A stretch of DNA of 64,000 nucleotides from Candidatus Latescibacterota bacterium (GTDB taxonomy: Bacteria > Latescibacterota > UBA2968 > UBA8231), in the NCBI GenBank assembly GCA_965223905.1, contig CBDCXV010000010.1, forward strand, positions 1,472,001 through 1,536,000. Reading direction: 5' to 3'. Below, in pieces: positions 49,397-59,910 of this stretch. The notes under the pieces were generated by a model, which saw only the letters and a list, made by a program, of their open reading frames with translations, was not told where the DNA came from and made no database searches. The translations under genes were made by a program, and so were the position numbers. Each line of letters begins with the position of its first letter. The first letter of the stretch is position 1.

Positions 49397-50968
49397 TCAT
49401 CCGCTCGGCGGGGCGACGCGCTCCATGTCCAATCCTTCGGGCCGGAGGAAATCCCGGTAGCGGGTTTTGATCTCCAGGCCGTTTAGGCTGCGGGCGAATC
49501 CCGCCTTGGGGTCGAAGCGGCGGCATTCGATCTCCACGACGTTCTCCCCCTCCAGAAGGTCGTCGAGCTCCAGCCTGTAGCGGAACCAGTGGGCCGACAT
49601 GCCCAAGGGGGCCTGCAGTTGCATGCTCCCGGCCAGCTTCACGGGGATGGTCAGGGCGCGCTCGTCGCTGATTTCCGCCTGCTCCCAGGGGAGGGGGCGG
49701 CCGTTGATGCGGAACTCGATATCGTCTTCGATGCAGAAGAAGGCGAACCTCAAGGTCAGGATCGGCCGCCGCATCTCGCCGTCCTCCCGGGCGCCTGTGA
49801 GGTCGTCCGCCACGGCGATCGCCACCCTGTGGGTCCGGCCTTCCTCCAGGGCAACGGGCAATTGCCGTTCCGGCGTGCTGGTGGGCCCGTCGAGGGCTCC
49901 CTCCCTAGGCTGCAGGGTGTAGCGCTTCTCGTAGCGGGCGAATACCTCGGGATGGCCCAGCTCGCGCAGGATCCGGTATTCGCGCTCGGCAAAAGGCCAG
50001 GGAAAGTAGCCGTGGTACTGGCCGGCGAATCCCTGGCGCCTGAGGGTGGTGCCCAGGGCCCGGTACATCTCGATGGAAGGCAGGCCCACCCGCTCGTCGT
50101 AGATCCTGCGCGGGGGCCGGTAGTAGGCGGCGACCCCCGCGGGGTCGGCCGCCTTCGGCAGCCAGTCGGGCATGGGGTCGGTCTGGACGACGACGCGGCC
50201 GTCCTGTGCGACGACGTAATCGACGCTGCCGTCGGCGATCCACGCCTCGACGTCGAGACCCATCGACAGGTTGGCCTCCCGCTCGAGGTCGACCCGCACC
50301 ATCACCGGGATCTCGCGCTCCTGCCGCCCCCCCACCTCCTGCGCCAGTTCGCGCACCTGGGCGACGAAGCGGTTCATCAGGGGAGTATGCTCCTCGACCT
50401 GAGACGCCTTGAAGAAGTACTTGTCGAACATGAAGTCGAGCTCGACGCCATCGGCGCGGTACTCCTCCAGCACCTCGCGCAGGAGCGCCAGCTCGTACTC
50501 TCTCACGCGCTCGTCGGCGTAGTCGTAACACCACTTCGCCCTTCCCTCCTCGCCGATGCAGACCGCCTCCCCGTGCTCCAACTTGAGGGAGCCGCAGCGC
50601 TCGCTCCCCGGGGGACTGCTGTCCTGCAGCTTCAGGCTGGGGAAGACCTTCAGGTCCAGCTCCCGGCCGCGGGCGACCACTTCCCGCAGCTGGTCGGTTC
50701 CCTTTTCCGCCGCGGCCTCGACCATGCGCATTATGCGCCAGTCGATGAAGTTGTCCCACACCTCCTTCACCTGGCCGACCACGCGGCCGATTTTCGTCTG
50801 GTGGAAGAAGACGTCCCCGTAGCCCAGTCCCAGCACCAGCAGGTCGACGCCGGTGCCGGCCACCTCGTCAACGGGCCATTGCAGCATGTGGCGGCTGGCA
50901 GGCGGCTCGATGCGCTTGGCGTTGAAATGGTGGGCGTCGTTGTAGTAGATCAGCCTTGGTCTGTCCAT
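49397..50968 (-). CDS. GHL10-like TIM-barrel protein
   Basis: LIYYND and DY....VR..DGVELDF motifs; paralog of 38901-40439. Confidence 0.65.
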   Translation of the reverse strand: MDRPRLIYYNDAHHFNAKRIEPPASRHMLQWPVDEVAGTGVDLLVLGLGYGDVFFHQTKIGRVVGQVKEVWDNFIDWRIMRMVEAAAEKGTDQLREVVARGRELDLKVFPSLKLQDSSPPGSERCGSLKLEHGEAVCIGEEGRAKWCYDYADERVREYELALLREVLEEYRADGVELDFMFDKYFFKASQVEEHTPLMNRFVAQVRELAQEVGGRQEREIPVMVRVDLEREANLSMGLDVEAWIADGSVDYVVAQDGRVVVQTDPMPDWLPKAADPAGVAAYYRPPRRIYDERVGLPSIEMYRALGTTLRRQGFAGQYHGYFPWPFAEREYRILRELGHPEVFARYEKRYTLQPREGALDGPTSTPERQLPVALEEGRTHRVAIAVADDLTGAREDGEMRRPILTLRFAFFCIEDDIEFRINGRPLPWEQAEISDERALTIPVKLAGSMQLQAPLGMSAHWFRYRLELDDLLEGENVVEIECRRFDPKAGFARSLNGLEIKTRYRDFLRPEGLDMERVAPPSG

Positions 50969-51003
50969 GGGTCTTCTTCTCCTGCTTGCCGGGCGGCCGG
51001 CGT

Positions 51004-51897
51004 TTACAGCGGTTCCCACTGCATCAGCCTGAACTGGCCGGCATAGCCGGGGGGAGCCACGTATTGCGCCGCCCAGGGGTTGAGCGAATCGACGTGCGGG
51101 TGGTGCAGATGCCCGGCCAGGATCGCCACGAGGTTTTGCGCGCGGCTCACCAGCCGGACGAATTCCAGGGTCTCGGCCGAGTCGGGGCCGGCGCCGTACA
51201 CGGCGCGGCTGGATTCGGGCCAGTCCGGATCGGCCAGCAGCACCGGTTCCCCTTTCATGGTGTCGATCACAGGCCCGCGCAGCGTCGGCAAACTCAGCGG
51301 GACGTGGATCAACAGGACCGTGGGAACCCCCTCGGCCAGCGTCCGGCGCGTGCGTTCGAGCTGCTCCTCGCCAATCTGGTAGGTCGAGTTGTCGACTGCC
51401 AGGAAGAGCAACCCCCCCACCTCCCGGCGGTCGAAGTCCGGGGCTCCGTGCAGCATCTCCATGCGCCCGGCGCAGGCCCTCCGCACCCGGTCGCAGGGCT
51501 CCTGTCCCAGGAACTGCCAGTCGTGGTTGCCCGGGGTCGACAGGGCGGGGATGCCGTTCTCCTCGACCAGCCCCCGCACCCGCTCGATACCGGACAGCGC
51601 CGGAAAATCCACGCTATCGCCACCGAGCGCCAGCAAGTCGGCCCGCTGCCGGCGCGCCGCCAGGAGGATCTGTTCGAACGCAGCCTCCTGGGGCACGATT
51701 CGCCCCTCGGAATCGCGGTTGTCGTGGCGCTTCCGGAAGCGGGCGGCCAAGTCCCTGCAGGTGTCGAGGAAGTCGGCGTCGCGGTCGTCGATCAATCCGA
51801 GGTGGGTGTCTGCAACGTGCAGCGCGCGCACGGTATTGCGCAGCCCTTCGACCCTCACGCGGGCTCTGTCGTCGGTCCATTGGTGGGTGACGCGCAT
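51004..51897 (-). CDS. Calcineurin-like metallophosphoesterase
   Basis: DTH, GDSVD, GNHD and GHLH motifs. Confidence 0.85.
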   Translation of the reverse strand: MRVTHQWTDDRARVRVEGLRNTVRALHVADTHLGLIDDRDADFLDTCRDLAARFRKRHDNRDSEGRIVPQEAAFEQILLAARRQRADLLALGGDSVDFPALSGIERVRGLVEENGIPALSTPGNHDWQFLGQEPCDRVRRACAGRMEMLHGAPDFDRREVGGLLFLAVDNSTYQIGEEQLERTRRTLAEGVPTVLLIHVPLSLPTLRGPVIDTMKGEPVLLADPDWPESSRAVYGAGPDSAETLEFVRLVSRAQNLVAILAGHLHHPHVDSLNPWAAQYVAPPGYAGQFRLMQWEPL

Positions 51898-52098
51898 GGT
51901 TTCCAACCGGAGTAGAGGGGCAGCCTGCGGTTCCCGAAGCGAAGGTTCCATCGGTCCCGGGTGGCCGCGCCGGAGATCGACAGAAGGCGCGAATTGTCGC
52001 TTCTTGAAACCGGCTCCCGGACAACCAAGCGATTCCCCCCGGAGGCCGTCAACTCGCTCCACTATCCCCCGGCCGCGCGAAGCGCGGTAACCAGGAGA

Positions 52099-54102
52099 AT
52101 GGCCTCTTTCCGCGCCCCAGCCGGCCTCCCGCAGGCCGCCGGCGAGCCCCGCCTGCGCTTTGCCCGCAGCATCGTCGCCGGGGCCCTGTTGTCCCTGGTC
52201 ATCAGCGTCGGCTTCGCCTACTGCCGCCTGGCCCTGTCCACGGCCGGAATGTCCTCGGACTACATCACCGCCGGCGCCGTGGCCGTCTTCTTCCTGCTCA
52301 CCGCTTTTTTCAACCCGCTGGTCAAGCTGGTTCACCTGCCCTGGGGCTTCAATCGCGGCGAGCTGGCGGTGGTCTACGCGATGCTCATCATCGCCTCGAC
52401 CATCCCCACCTGGGGTTTCTCGGCCAACCTCGTCCCGATGCTCCCGGCGGTCTACTACTTCGCCACTGCGGAGAACGGCTGGTCGGATCTCATCCATCCC
52501 CACATCCGCAGCTGGATGGTGGTCGACGACCACGACGCCGTCACCTATTTCTTCCAGGGCCTGCCCGAAGGGGCGACCATCCCCTGGGGTGCCTGGGTCG
52601 TGCCTCTGGCGGCCTGGCTCACCTTCATCGTCGCCATATACCTGATGATGATCGCCCTGATGGTGCTGCTGCGCAGGCAGTGGGTCGAACACGAACGCCT
52701 GCTGTTTCCGCTGGTGCAGCTGCCCCTGCAGATGATCGAGGAAGGCCGGCCCGGGGAACGCTTCGGCCCGTTCCTGAAGAGCCCGCTCATGTGGATCGGA
52801 TTCTCGGTGCCGTTCGCCCTGATGAGCACCTACGGCCTGAATTTCTATTTCCCCATCGTTCCCAGGATCAACCTGTACACCGTCATCGTGCCCTTCAGGG
52901 ACTTCGGCGCCCTGGAAATCCTCCTCAGCTTCACCGTCCTCGGCCTGTCCTACTTCCTCAGCTTCGCACTGTCCTCCAGCCTCTGGCTGTTCCATCTGCT
53001 GGCCAACCTGCAGATGGGGATCCAGTACACGGTCGGTTACCGGCTGTCGGGGGAGATAGAAAAGTTCATGGAGGGGACGCTGATGCTGGCCCATCAGGGC
53101 ATGGGGGCCATGCTCGCCCTCATCGGGTACGGCATCTGGACCGCCCGAGGTCACCTCAAGGCGGTCGTTCTCAAGGTCTGGGGTTCCCGCCCCGACGCCA
53201 TCGACGACAGCGGTGAGATCCTGTCCTACCGGACCGCGGCCTTTCTGCTGGGCGTCTGCAGCCTGTACGTGACGGTCTGGCTCACCCTGTCGGGGGTGCC
53301 GTTGTGGGTAACCATCGTCTTCCTTCTGGTGGCGTTCGGGGTCTTCCTGTTCATGGCCCGCCTGATTGCCGAGAGCGGCCTGGGTTTCATCCGGCCCCAG
53401 ATGACTTCCCAGACCATCGTCATCAACTTTCTCGGCACCAGCTCCGTCACCCCTCCCGGCATCTTCAGCCTGGCCATGACCTTCAGCTGGGCAGGCAACC
53501 TGCGCATCCTGCTCATGGCCTCGGCCATCAACGGCATGAAGCTGGCCGAAAGGGTCGGTGCCCTGCGGCGTCCCCTTTTCTGGGGGATGGTCGTCGCCAT
53601 GCTCGTCAGCCTGTTCTCCTCGGTCTGGCTCGTCATCTATCTCGCCTACGAGAACGGTGGAATCAATCTGGAGGTGTGGGCGTACCAGGCCATGGCCAAG
53701 GGGCCTTCGAACTTCACCGCCTACAAGATCCTGAACCCCGTCAGCCTGTTGGAGCCTTTCGAGGTGATGGCCCCCCGGCTGTTGTTCACCGGCATCGGCG
53801 GCGCCGTCATGACCGCCCTGATCTGGGCCCGCCACAATTTCCTGTGGTGGCCCGTGCACTACATTGGATTCGCCGTCAGCGCCACCAACATGACCTCGGG
53901 GAGCTGGTTCAGCATTTTCCTGGGATCGGTCCTCAAAGCCCTGATTCTCAAATACGGCGGGGTCCGTCTCTACCGCGGCCTGCAGCCGCTGTTTCTCGGT
54001 TTCATACTGGGGCAGATTACCTGCTCTGCCTTCTGGCTCGTCGTCGACCTGCTGGCCGGCGGCACCGGCAACCAGGTACCGGTCTTCTCCCACCACTACT
54101 AG
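52099..54102 (+). CDS. Polytopic membrane protein, DUF6785/DUF6784-like (putative transporter)
   Basis: AGGAG RBS and many TM helices; W..W..PL..W, RRQW..HERL.FPL, WWP.H..G and LKYGG..LY motifs. Confidence 0.75.
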   Translation: MASFRAPAGLPQAAGEPRLRFARSIVAGALLSLVISVGFAYCRLALSTAGMSSDYITAGAVAVFFLLTAFFNPLVKLVHLPWGFNRGELAVVYAMLIIASTIPTWGFSANLVPMLPAVYYFATAENGWSDLIHPHIRSWMVVDDHDAVTYFFQGLPEGATIPWGAWVVPLAAWLTFIVAIYLMMIALMVLLRRQWVEHERLLFPLVQLPLQMIEEGRPGERFGPFLKSPLMWIGFSVPFALMSTYGLNFYFPIVPRINLYTVIVPFRDFGALEILLSFTVLGLSYFLSFALSSSLWLFHLLANLQMGIQYTVGYRLSGEIEKFMEGTLMLAHQGMGAMLALIGYGIWTARGHLKAVVLKVWGSRPDAIDDSGEILSYRTAAFLLGVCSLYVTVWLTLSGVPLWVTIVFLLVAFGVFLFMARLIAESGLGFIRPQMTSQTIVINFLGTSSVTPPGIFSLAMTFSWAGNLRILLMASAINGMKLAERVGALRRPLFWGMVVAMLVSLFSSVWLVIYLAYENGGINLEVWAYQAMAKGPSNFTAYKILNPVSLLEPFEVMAPRLLFTGIGGAVMTALIWARHNFLWWPVHYIGFAVSATNMTSGSWFSIFLGSVLKALILKYGGVRLYRGLQPLFLGFILGQITCSAFWLVVDLLAGGTGNQVPVFSHHY

Positions 54103-54168
54103 TCTTGTCCCGTCGCAGAAATAACTACGACGAGGTAAAAAGCGCTCGCTGGGCGAGGGTGTCGGTAG

Positions 54169-54843
54169 ATGAGTGACTACTGCTTGCGATTGGTCGAGGA
54201 CGAGCTGGCTCCCGGCTCCCGGATAGCGGTGCCGGAGGTGGCGGGTTTCCGCGTCATCTATGTCGCCAGGGGCCGTGCCGGGATTGTTCCGGAGGGCGGC
54301 GCCGAGAAGGTGGAGCTGGGGGAGAACACCGCCCGGTTCGGCGCCACCGGCTGCACCGCGAGCTCGGGAGAAAGCGGCGCTACCTTGTGGCGCTGGGAGA
54401 TGGTGCGAGGGCAGGATGACGGCTGGCAGGCAGGAGGGGAGGAGGGGCAGTCCGTCCTCAAGGCTTCGCACGGCCTGGAGCTCGACCGCGGACGGGAGCA
54501 GATGATGCGCTGCGACCGCGTCGACTTTCCACCCGGCGGCATCGCCTATACCCACATCCACTCCGGCCCGGGGCTGCGCTGCCTTCTGCGGGGTGAGCTC
54601 GTGATCCGGGTCGAAGACCACCCCGAGACGGTGGTTCGACCCGGGGAAACCTGGTTCGAGCGCGGTCCCGATCCGATCTACGCCCGCGCTTCCGGTTCGG
54701 AGCTGACCAGCTTCGTCCGCGCCATGGTCGTACCGCGCACCTGCAAGGGACGCACTACCATCACCTACGTGAAGGCCGCCGACGCCGACAAGCCGAAGCC
54801 GCAGAAATACACCCGCTTCGTCGATGAGTTCATCGACCTGTGA
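54169..54843 (+). CDS. Cupin domain protein
   Basis: HIHSGPG.R..L.G and GE.WFE motifs. Confidence 0.75.
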   Translation: MSDYCLRLVEDELAPGSRIAVPEVAGFRVIYVARGRAGIVPEGGAEKVELGENTARFGATGCTASSGESGATLWRWEMVRGQDDGWQAGGEEGQSVLKASHGLELDRGREQMMRCDRVDFPPGGIAYTHIHSGPGLRCLLRGELVIRVEDHPETVVRPGETWFERGPDPIYARASGSELTSFVRAMVVPRTCKGRTTITYVKAADADKPKPQKYTRFVDEFIDL

Positions 54844-54897
54844 GGAGATCCGTCGATTGAAACCGCGCACCCCCGCGGCATTGCCCGGAAACGAAGC

Positions 54898-55563
54898 GTG
54901 ATGGTCGAAGGCCTGGTACTTCAGGGAAAGGTCAACTGGTCGGGCGAGCACTGGATCAGCTACCTGCGTGCGCCGGGCGCTTCGGCGGACAGCGGCATGG
55001 TCAGTCTCTACAACCTTCGCTACACCGAAGCCGGGCACGGATTCGTCGCCTTCGTCAGCATCGAGAACGGAGCGGGGGCCCGGTTCAAGGGGATGTGCAC
55101 GGACAACCGGGAGCTGGTCGATTTCGTCGTCGAGAGGATCACCCACCAGGCGCAACATCCTCTTTACGACGAGAAGCTGCCGGTGACCGAAGCCCGCTTT
55201 TCCCAGGGAGGGCACATCGCTCGCGACCCTTCCTGGACGATTTCGACCGCCGAACACGAGATCGTGGCGAAGTGGGGGCGGATCCAACCGGCCGTCATCG
55301 CCGCCGGGCCCTGGCCCGGGGCCAGTCCGAGCAACTACGTCTGTTCCCTCCTGCATTTCACCGATGAATCGTCGATCGAGCTGGATGTACGCGCGGTCGA
55401 GGGGATGCCGTACATGCGGGACATCTGGCGGGCCGACCATCGGCGGCGACCGCAGCTCCTGCGTTTTCGCCATCTCGGAGAGCCTGATGACGGTGGAGCT
55501 GCCGTGACTCGGGGACCGACCGTCGGGCGGGCGTCCGACCTTCAACAGGAGACAGGAAAATGA
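54898..55563 (+). CDS. Hypothetical protein, probable frameshift near 55430 (likely true stop 55507)
   Basis: After RDIWR an alternative frame reads PTIGGDRSSCVFAISESLMTVELP* with typical GC-rich codons. Confidence 0.55.
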   Translation: MMVEGLVLQGKVNWSGEHWISYLRAPGASADSGMVSLYNLRYTEAGHGFVAFVSIENGAGARFKGMCTDNRELVDFVVERITHQAQHPLYDEKLPVTEARFSQGGHIARDPSWTISTAEHEIVAKWGRIQPAVIAAGPWPGASPSNYVCSLLHFTDESSIELDVRAVEGMPYMRDIWRADHRRRPQLLRFRHLGEPDDGGAAVTRGPTVGRASDLQQETGK

Positions 55564-56282
55564 AACAGGTATCGCCGGAAGTTTTCGAAGGCCTCCGACA
55601 GCTCGACACGGCAACGATTTTCAACGCCGTGATCGAGGCTCGAGGCGCCAGCCAGGGCGGACGCGAGCTCGAGGACCAGGGGGGAATGCCCTTCAATTAC
55701 ATGGGCCCCGGGATGCAGTGCATGCTGCCCCGACTCGGCATGGCGATCGGCTACGCGGTCACCTGCGAGCTGACGACCCACGACCCGGACGGGCCCGCCC
55801 TGGCCTGGTACGACTACTACGACTTTCTCGACCAGTCGCCGGGCCCGATGGTGACCATCATGAAGGACGTCGACACACGTGCCGGCCGCGGCGCGTCTCT
55901 GGGAGACGGCATGGCCGCCACTCACAAGCACCTGGGGGTAACCGGTATCGTCGTCGACGGATCCATACGGGACCTGGCCGGAATCGAAAGGGTGGGCCTG
56001 CCGGTCTGGGGAACCGGCGTCACCCCGGGTCATGGGGTGCTCAGCCTGGTGCGTCACAATCAGCCGGTTACGGTCAACGAGCTCCTGATCCACCCGGGGG
56101 AAATCGTCGCCGCCGACCGGGACGGGGTGGTGAAGATCCCGGCGGGGGACGACCCCGCGAAGGTGCTGGAAAAGGGCAGGGAGATTCAGGAGCGGGAGGC
56201 ACGCTACCGCGCGATCTTCTCCGATCCCGATCTGACCTGGCAGGGAATCAAGGACTATCAACAGAAGATGATTTCGCAATGA
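55560..56282 (+). CDS. RraA/HMG aldolase family protein
   Basis: G.AVT, GDGMA, G.VVDGSIRD and GE...AD.DGVV.IP motifs. Confidence 0.85.
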   Translation: MKQVSPEVFEGLRQLDTATIFNAVIEARGASQGGRELEDQGGMPFNYMGPGMQCMLPRLGMAIGYAVTCELTTHDPDGPALAWYDYYDFLDQSPGPMVTIMKDVDTRAGRGASLGDGMAATHKHLGVTGIVVDGSIRDLAGIERVGLPVWGTGVTPGHGVLSLVRHNQPVTVNELLIHPGEIVAADRDGVVKIPAGDDPAKVLEKGREIQEREARYRAIFSDPDLTWQGIKDYQQKMISQ

Positions 56283-57772
56283 CGGGCCCGCCGATGCGGG
56301 TCGCCACCGGGGCCTTCTGCCACGAAACCAGCACTTTCACGACGGTCGCCACCACCTGGGAGAGCTGGAGCCGGCACCGCTTCGGCTACCTCACCGGCGA
56401 TGCCATTCTCGACAAGTTCCGCGGCACCAACTCCGCCATGGGAGGTTTCATGGCGGGGGCGGAAAAACACGGCTTCGAGCTCATTCCGACCATCTTCGCC
56501 AACGCTCACCCCAGCGGGCCGACGCCGCGGGAGGTCTTCGACCGCATCCTGAACGACCTGCTCGAGCGGCTGAAAGCGGCCGGCTCCATCGACGGCGTCA
56601 TCCTGAGCCTGCACGGAGCCATGGTGGCCGAGGGGGTCGACGACGGCGAGGGGCATATACTCGAGGCCGTACGCGACCAGGTCGGTCCCGGAGTGCCGAT
56701 AGTCAGCGAGCTGGACATCCATACCAATATGTCGCCGCGGATGGTGGCGATGGCGGATGCCCTGGTCGTCCACCAGACCTTCCCGGAGATCGATCAGGAG
56801 GAATGCGGCCTAAAGTGCGCCGGCATCATGCACCGGACGCTGCGCAAGGGCCTGCGCCCGACGATGGCGCTGCATCGGCTGCCCCTGGTCTGGGGGATGA
56901 ACCAGATCACCAGGCACTCACCGATGCGGGAAGCCATCGCCGAACTGCATGCGATCGAGGCCCGTCCGGGAGTGGTCACCGCCTCGATCTGCACCTGTTT
57001 TCCCCTCGCCGACATACCTGACATGGGCACCTCGGTCATCGTCGTTGCCGACGACGACCAGGAACTGGCGCAGCGCTACGCCGACGAGCTGGCCTCCTAC
57101 CTGTGGGAGCGGCGTCAGGCCTGGCAATCCGAGTGGAAATCGACGCGGGAATGCCTGGAACAGGCTGAAAGGGAAGGGGAGTTCCCGGTCGTATTCGCCG
57201 ACCGCAACGACAACACCGGCGGCGGAGCTCCCGGGGACGGCACCGGCATGCTGCGCACCTTCATCGAGGCGGAGCTGGAGGACGCCTGCATCCTCTACAT
57301 CGTCGATCCCGAAGCGGTCGCTGCATGCCAAAGGGCTGGAGCAGGGTCGACGTTGACCCTCGAGGTCGGCGGCAAATCGACGCCGTTACAGGGGGAGCCG
57401 GTGAAGATGACGGCCGAGGTCGTCGCCCTGGGCGACGGCAGATTCCTCTACGAAGGGCCGCGTAATCGCGGACTGGAAGGGGACATGGGTCCCTGCGCCC
57501 ATATCCGCCAGGGCGGCCTCCATGTCCTGGTCGTCAGCCACCGGGAGCAACCCTACGACACCGCCCTCTCCAGGACCCTGGACCTGGACCCGCGGAAGAT
57601 GCGCTACATAGGACTGAAATCCGCCGGCCACTTCCGCGCCTGCTACGAGGAGTTTGCCGGCAACATCTTCGTCGTCTCGGAACCCAACGTCCACGACCAC
57701 GAGCAGGTCGTGGACCGCTACGTGAATCTCGGGTGGAAGGTCTACCCGTTCGACGACATCTCGGCGTATTGA
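56279..57772 (+). CDS. M81 metallopeptidase (MlrC family)
   Basis: HETSTF, LHGAMV, LD.H.N, DNTGGG.PGD and KS..HFRA motifs. Confidence 0.9.
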   Translation: MTGPPMRVATGAFCHETSTFTTVATTWESWSRHRFGYLTGDAILDKFRGTNSAMGGFMAGAEKHGFELIPTIFANAHPSGPTPREVFDRILNDLLERLKAAGSIDGVILSLHGAMVAEGVDDGEGHILEAVRDQVGPGVPIVSELDIHTNMSPRMVAMADALVVHQTFPEIDQEECGLKCAGIMHRTLRKGLRPTMALHRLPLVWGMNQITRHSPMREAIAELHAIEARPGVVTASICTCFPLADIPDMGTSVIVVADDDQELAQRYADELASYLWERRQAWQSEWKSTRECLEQAEREGEFPVVFADRNDNTGGGAPGDGTGMLRTFIEAELEDACILYIVDPEAVAACQRAGAGSTLTLEVGGKSTPLQGEPVKMTAEVVALGDGRFLYEGPRNRGLEGDMGPCAHIRQGGLHVLVVSHREQPYDTALSRTLDLDPRKMRYIGLKSAGHFRACYEEFAGNIFVVSEPNVHDHEQVVDRYVNLGWKVYPFDDISAY

Positions 57773-57777
57773 GCGAG

Positions 57778-58650
57778 TCAGGCTTCCCGGGGGGTGTACC
57801 TGGCTTCCCATGCGCGCGCCTCGGGAAAGCCGATGAGCTCGTCCAGCTCGGAAAAATCCGCCATCTCCCCGGCGACCTCCCGGGTCGTCCCATGCTCCTT
57901 GAGGGCGCTGAGGGTCTTGTCGATCGACCGGATGCAGCTCAGGATCAGGGAGTGTGGATAGGCGGCGATCCGGAACCCCAGCCCTTCGAGCTCTGCGGCC
58001 GTGAGGAAGGGGGTTTTCCCTCCCTCTATCATGTTGGCCATCGTGGGGACTCCGAACGAACCGGCGGCGACCTCGAGCTCTTCCACCGTGGTCGGCGCTT
58101 CGAGAAAGACGACGTCGGCTCCCGCCCGCTCGTAGAGCTTCCCGCGCGCGACCGCCTCCTGCAGTCCCGCAACCGCGATGGCATCGGTGCGCGCGATGAT
58201 CAGGAAATCGTCGCTGCGGCGGGAGTGAACGGCCGCTTCGATCTTCAGCGCCATCTCTTGCGCCTCGATCAGGCGCTTGCCGGGGGTGTGACCGCATTTT
58301 TTCGGCATTTCCTGGTCCTCGACCTGGATGGCCTGGGCCCCGGCCTGCTCGTACTCCTGGACCGTCCGGCGCATGTTGAGCGCATTCCCGTATCCCGTGT
58401 CGCCGTCGGCGAGGACGGGAAGGCCGACACAGCGAGACAGGTTGTGGACTCGCTCCAGCATTTCGGAAAACGTCGCCAGGCCCGCGTCGGGCAGCCCGAG
58501 GTGGGAAGCGACGTGGGCGTAACCGCCGAGATAGACCGCCTCGAAACCGGCCCGCTCGATGAGCCTTGCCGAAATCATGTCGAAGCAGCAGGGGGCGATC
58601 AGGATCCGGTCGCGCGCCAGCAGCTGTCTGAGTGTGGTCTGACTATTCAT
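57778..58650 (-). CDS. Isocitrate lyase/PEP mutase superfamily lyase (PrpB/OAH-like)
   Basis: GLPD.G, DGDTGYG, EDQ..PKKCGH and ARTDA motifs. Confidence 0.9.
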   Translation of the reverse strand: MNSQTTLRQLLARDRILIAPCCFDMISARLIERAGFEAVYLGGYAHVASHLGLPDAGLATFSEMLERVHNLSRCVGLPVLADGDTGYGNALNMRRTVQEYEQAGAQAIQVEDQEMPKKCGHTPGKRLIEAQEMALKIEAAVHSRRSDDFLIIARTDAIAVAGLQEAVARGKLYERAGADVVFLEAPTTVEELEVAAGSFGVPTMANMIEGGKTPFLTAAELEGLGFRIAAYPHSLILSCIRSIDKTLSALKEHGTTREVAGEMADFSELDELIGFPEARAWEARYTPREA

Positions 58651-58695
58651 TGGGAAACCGGCCCCGCGACTGCCCCTTCCAGGAGACCGCGATGG

Positions 58696-59484
58696 TCAGG
58701 TGTCGAGCCCGAATTCCTCGTGCTGACTTTTCAGGGCTTCCGAGTATTCCCGCTTGGCCTCTTCATCCGTCCGGCAGCTCTCTCCCACGAAGACCATGGC
58801 AAAGGCCCGCCGGTGGCGGCTCGTCGAACGGTTCGGATCTGCGCGGTGGATGATCCCCCCGTGATGGATGAGGGCATCCCCCGGGTTCAGGCACAGTGCG
58901 ACTTCCCTTGCCTCGTCCTCCGGACCGTAGTCAAGAACACCCTGCGAAAATCCGAGAATATCGGTGCGTCCGTGAGGTCGTATGCCAATGAGGTGCGAAC
59001 CGGGGACATAGCGCAGGCAGCCGTTCTCCTCGTCGATCGGATCTATGGCTACCCAGACGGAAGCGACATTGCACGGTACGAGCTTGAAGTAAAAGTTGTC
59101 CTGGTGGGGGGGTGTCGGATGCTCGCTACGGGGCGGCTTGTTGAACCACTCGGCCTGCATCGGTTTGGCGGGTTCGCCGATCAGGGTGGCAGCCATCCTG
59201 TTCCAGCGCCTGTCGCTGCAGTACTCGTTGAAGAAAGGGTCGAACTCTTCCATCCGCTGGAGCTGCTTGAGGGTCTCGGGGCGTTTCCGGTCCTGGTAGA
59301 AGGCCGCTCCATCCTCCAGGGCAGGCGTCACGTCGCGCACGTAGCGCGCCACATTTTCTACCAGGATTCCGAACTCGTCCGCGGGCAGGAATCCATCGAT
59401 CAATACGTACCCCTGGCGTTCGTAGGTTCTCTTGTATTTCTGGTAGCTCTCCAATGCGTATGCTCCGTTCTCGAGGCGCTTCAA
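58696..59484 (-). CDS. PhyH family 2OG-Fe(II) dioxygenase
   Basis: TPPHQDN, ENGCL.YVPGSH and H.A..N...RR motifs; start uncertain. Confidence 0.85.
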   Translation of the reverse strand: MKRLENGAYALESYQKYKRTYERQGYVLIDGFLPADEFGILVENVARYVRDVTPALEDGAAFYQDRKRPETLKQLQRMEEFDPFFNEYCSDRRWNRMAATLIGEPAKPMQAEWFNKPPRSEHPTPPHQDNFYFKLVPCNVASVWVAIDPIDEENGCLRYVPGSHLIGIRPHGRTDILGFSQGVLDYGPEDEAREVALCLNPGDALIHHGGIIHRADPNRSTSRHRRAFAMVFVGESCRTDEEAKREYSEALKSQHEEFGLDT

Positions 59485-59910
59485 TATCTAGATGAAAGGT
59501 ATTCAGGGGACCGGATTGCAGCCTCGGAGACGGCTCGTGTCGGCCCCCTTCCGGCAGCATGCTCGATCCAGGCGTGCCTCCGCCTTCACGGCTGGCGCGA
59601 CGAGACACTAGCACTCCCAATGCGCGAGGGCCCGTTCGGGGCGATCGATGGCAGCGGCAGGAAAGCCCCCAAGGTCATAAGGCCCGATGGGCTCCGGGTT
59701 CTTCCTGGTCGTGTTTCCAGAGGAGGGCATAAACGGGGATATCGATGCTCGAGGCAACTGCCGGCGCCCTGGGTTCGGGCGCGGTACCGGGGTAGGTGCC
59801 GACCGTTGCCGACCCCCTCGAGCCGGGGTTCCGGTCCCGGCGATTGACGGCGCCATCGGCACTGGTATTTTCGCTCGCCCTCCACGGACCCGGCACCCCG
59901 AAGGCAGGCC

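Noticed and set aside
51004-55614. 1536-aa minus-strand ORF
   Set aside because: It is an antisense shadow of real plus-strand genes in high-GC DNA. Only the last 297 codons (metallophosphoesterase) are credible. The same applies to most other overlapping ORFs in the track.
57778-59484. Phosphonate biosynthesis cluster (PEP mutase plus dioxygenase)
   Set aside because: The active-site loop is KKCGH (lyase type), not the EDKxxxxxNS motif of PEP mutase.
59675-59780. Minus-strand IPVYALL resembling an enolase-family fragment
   Set aside because: The match is too short, with no supporting flanking motifs.
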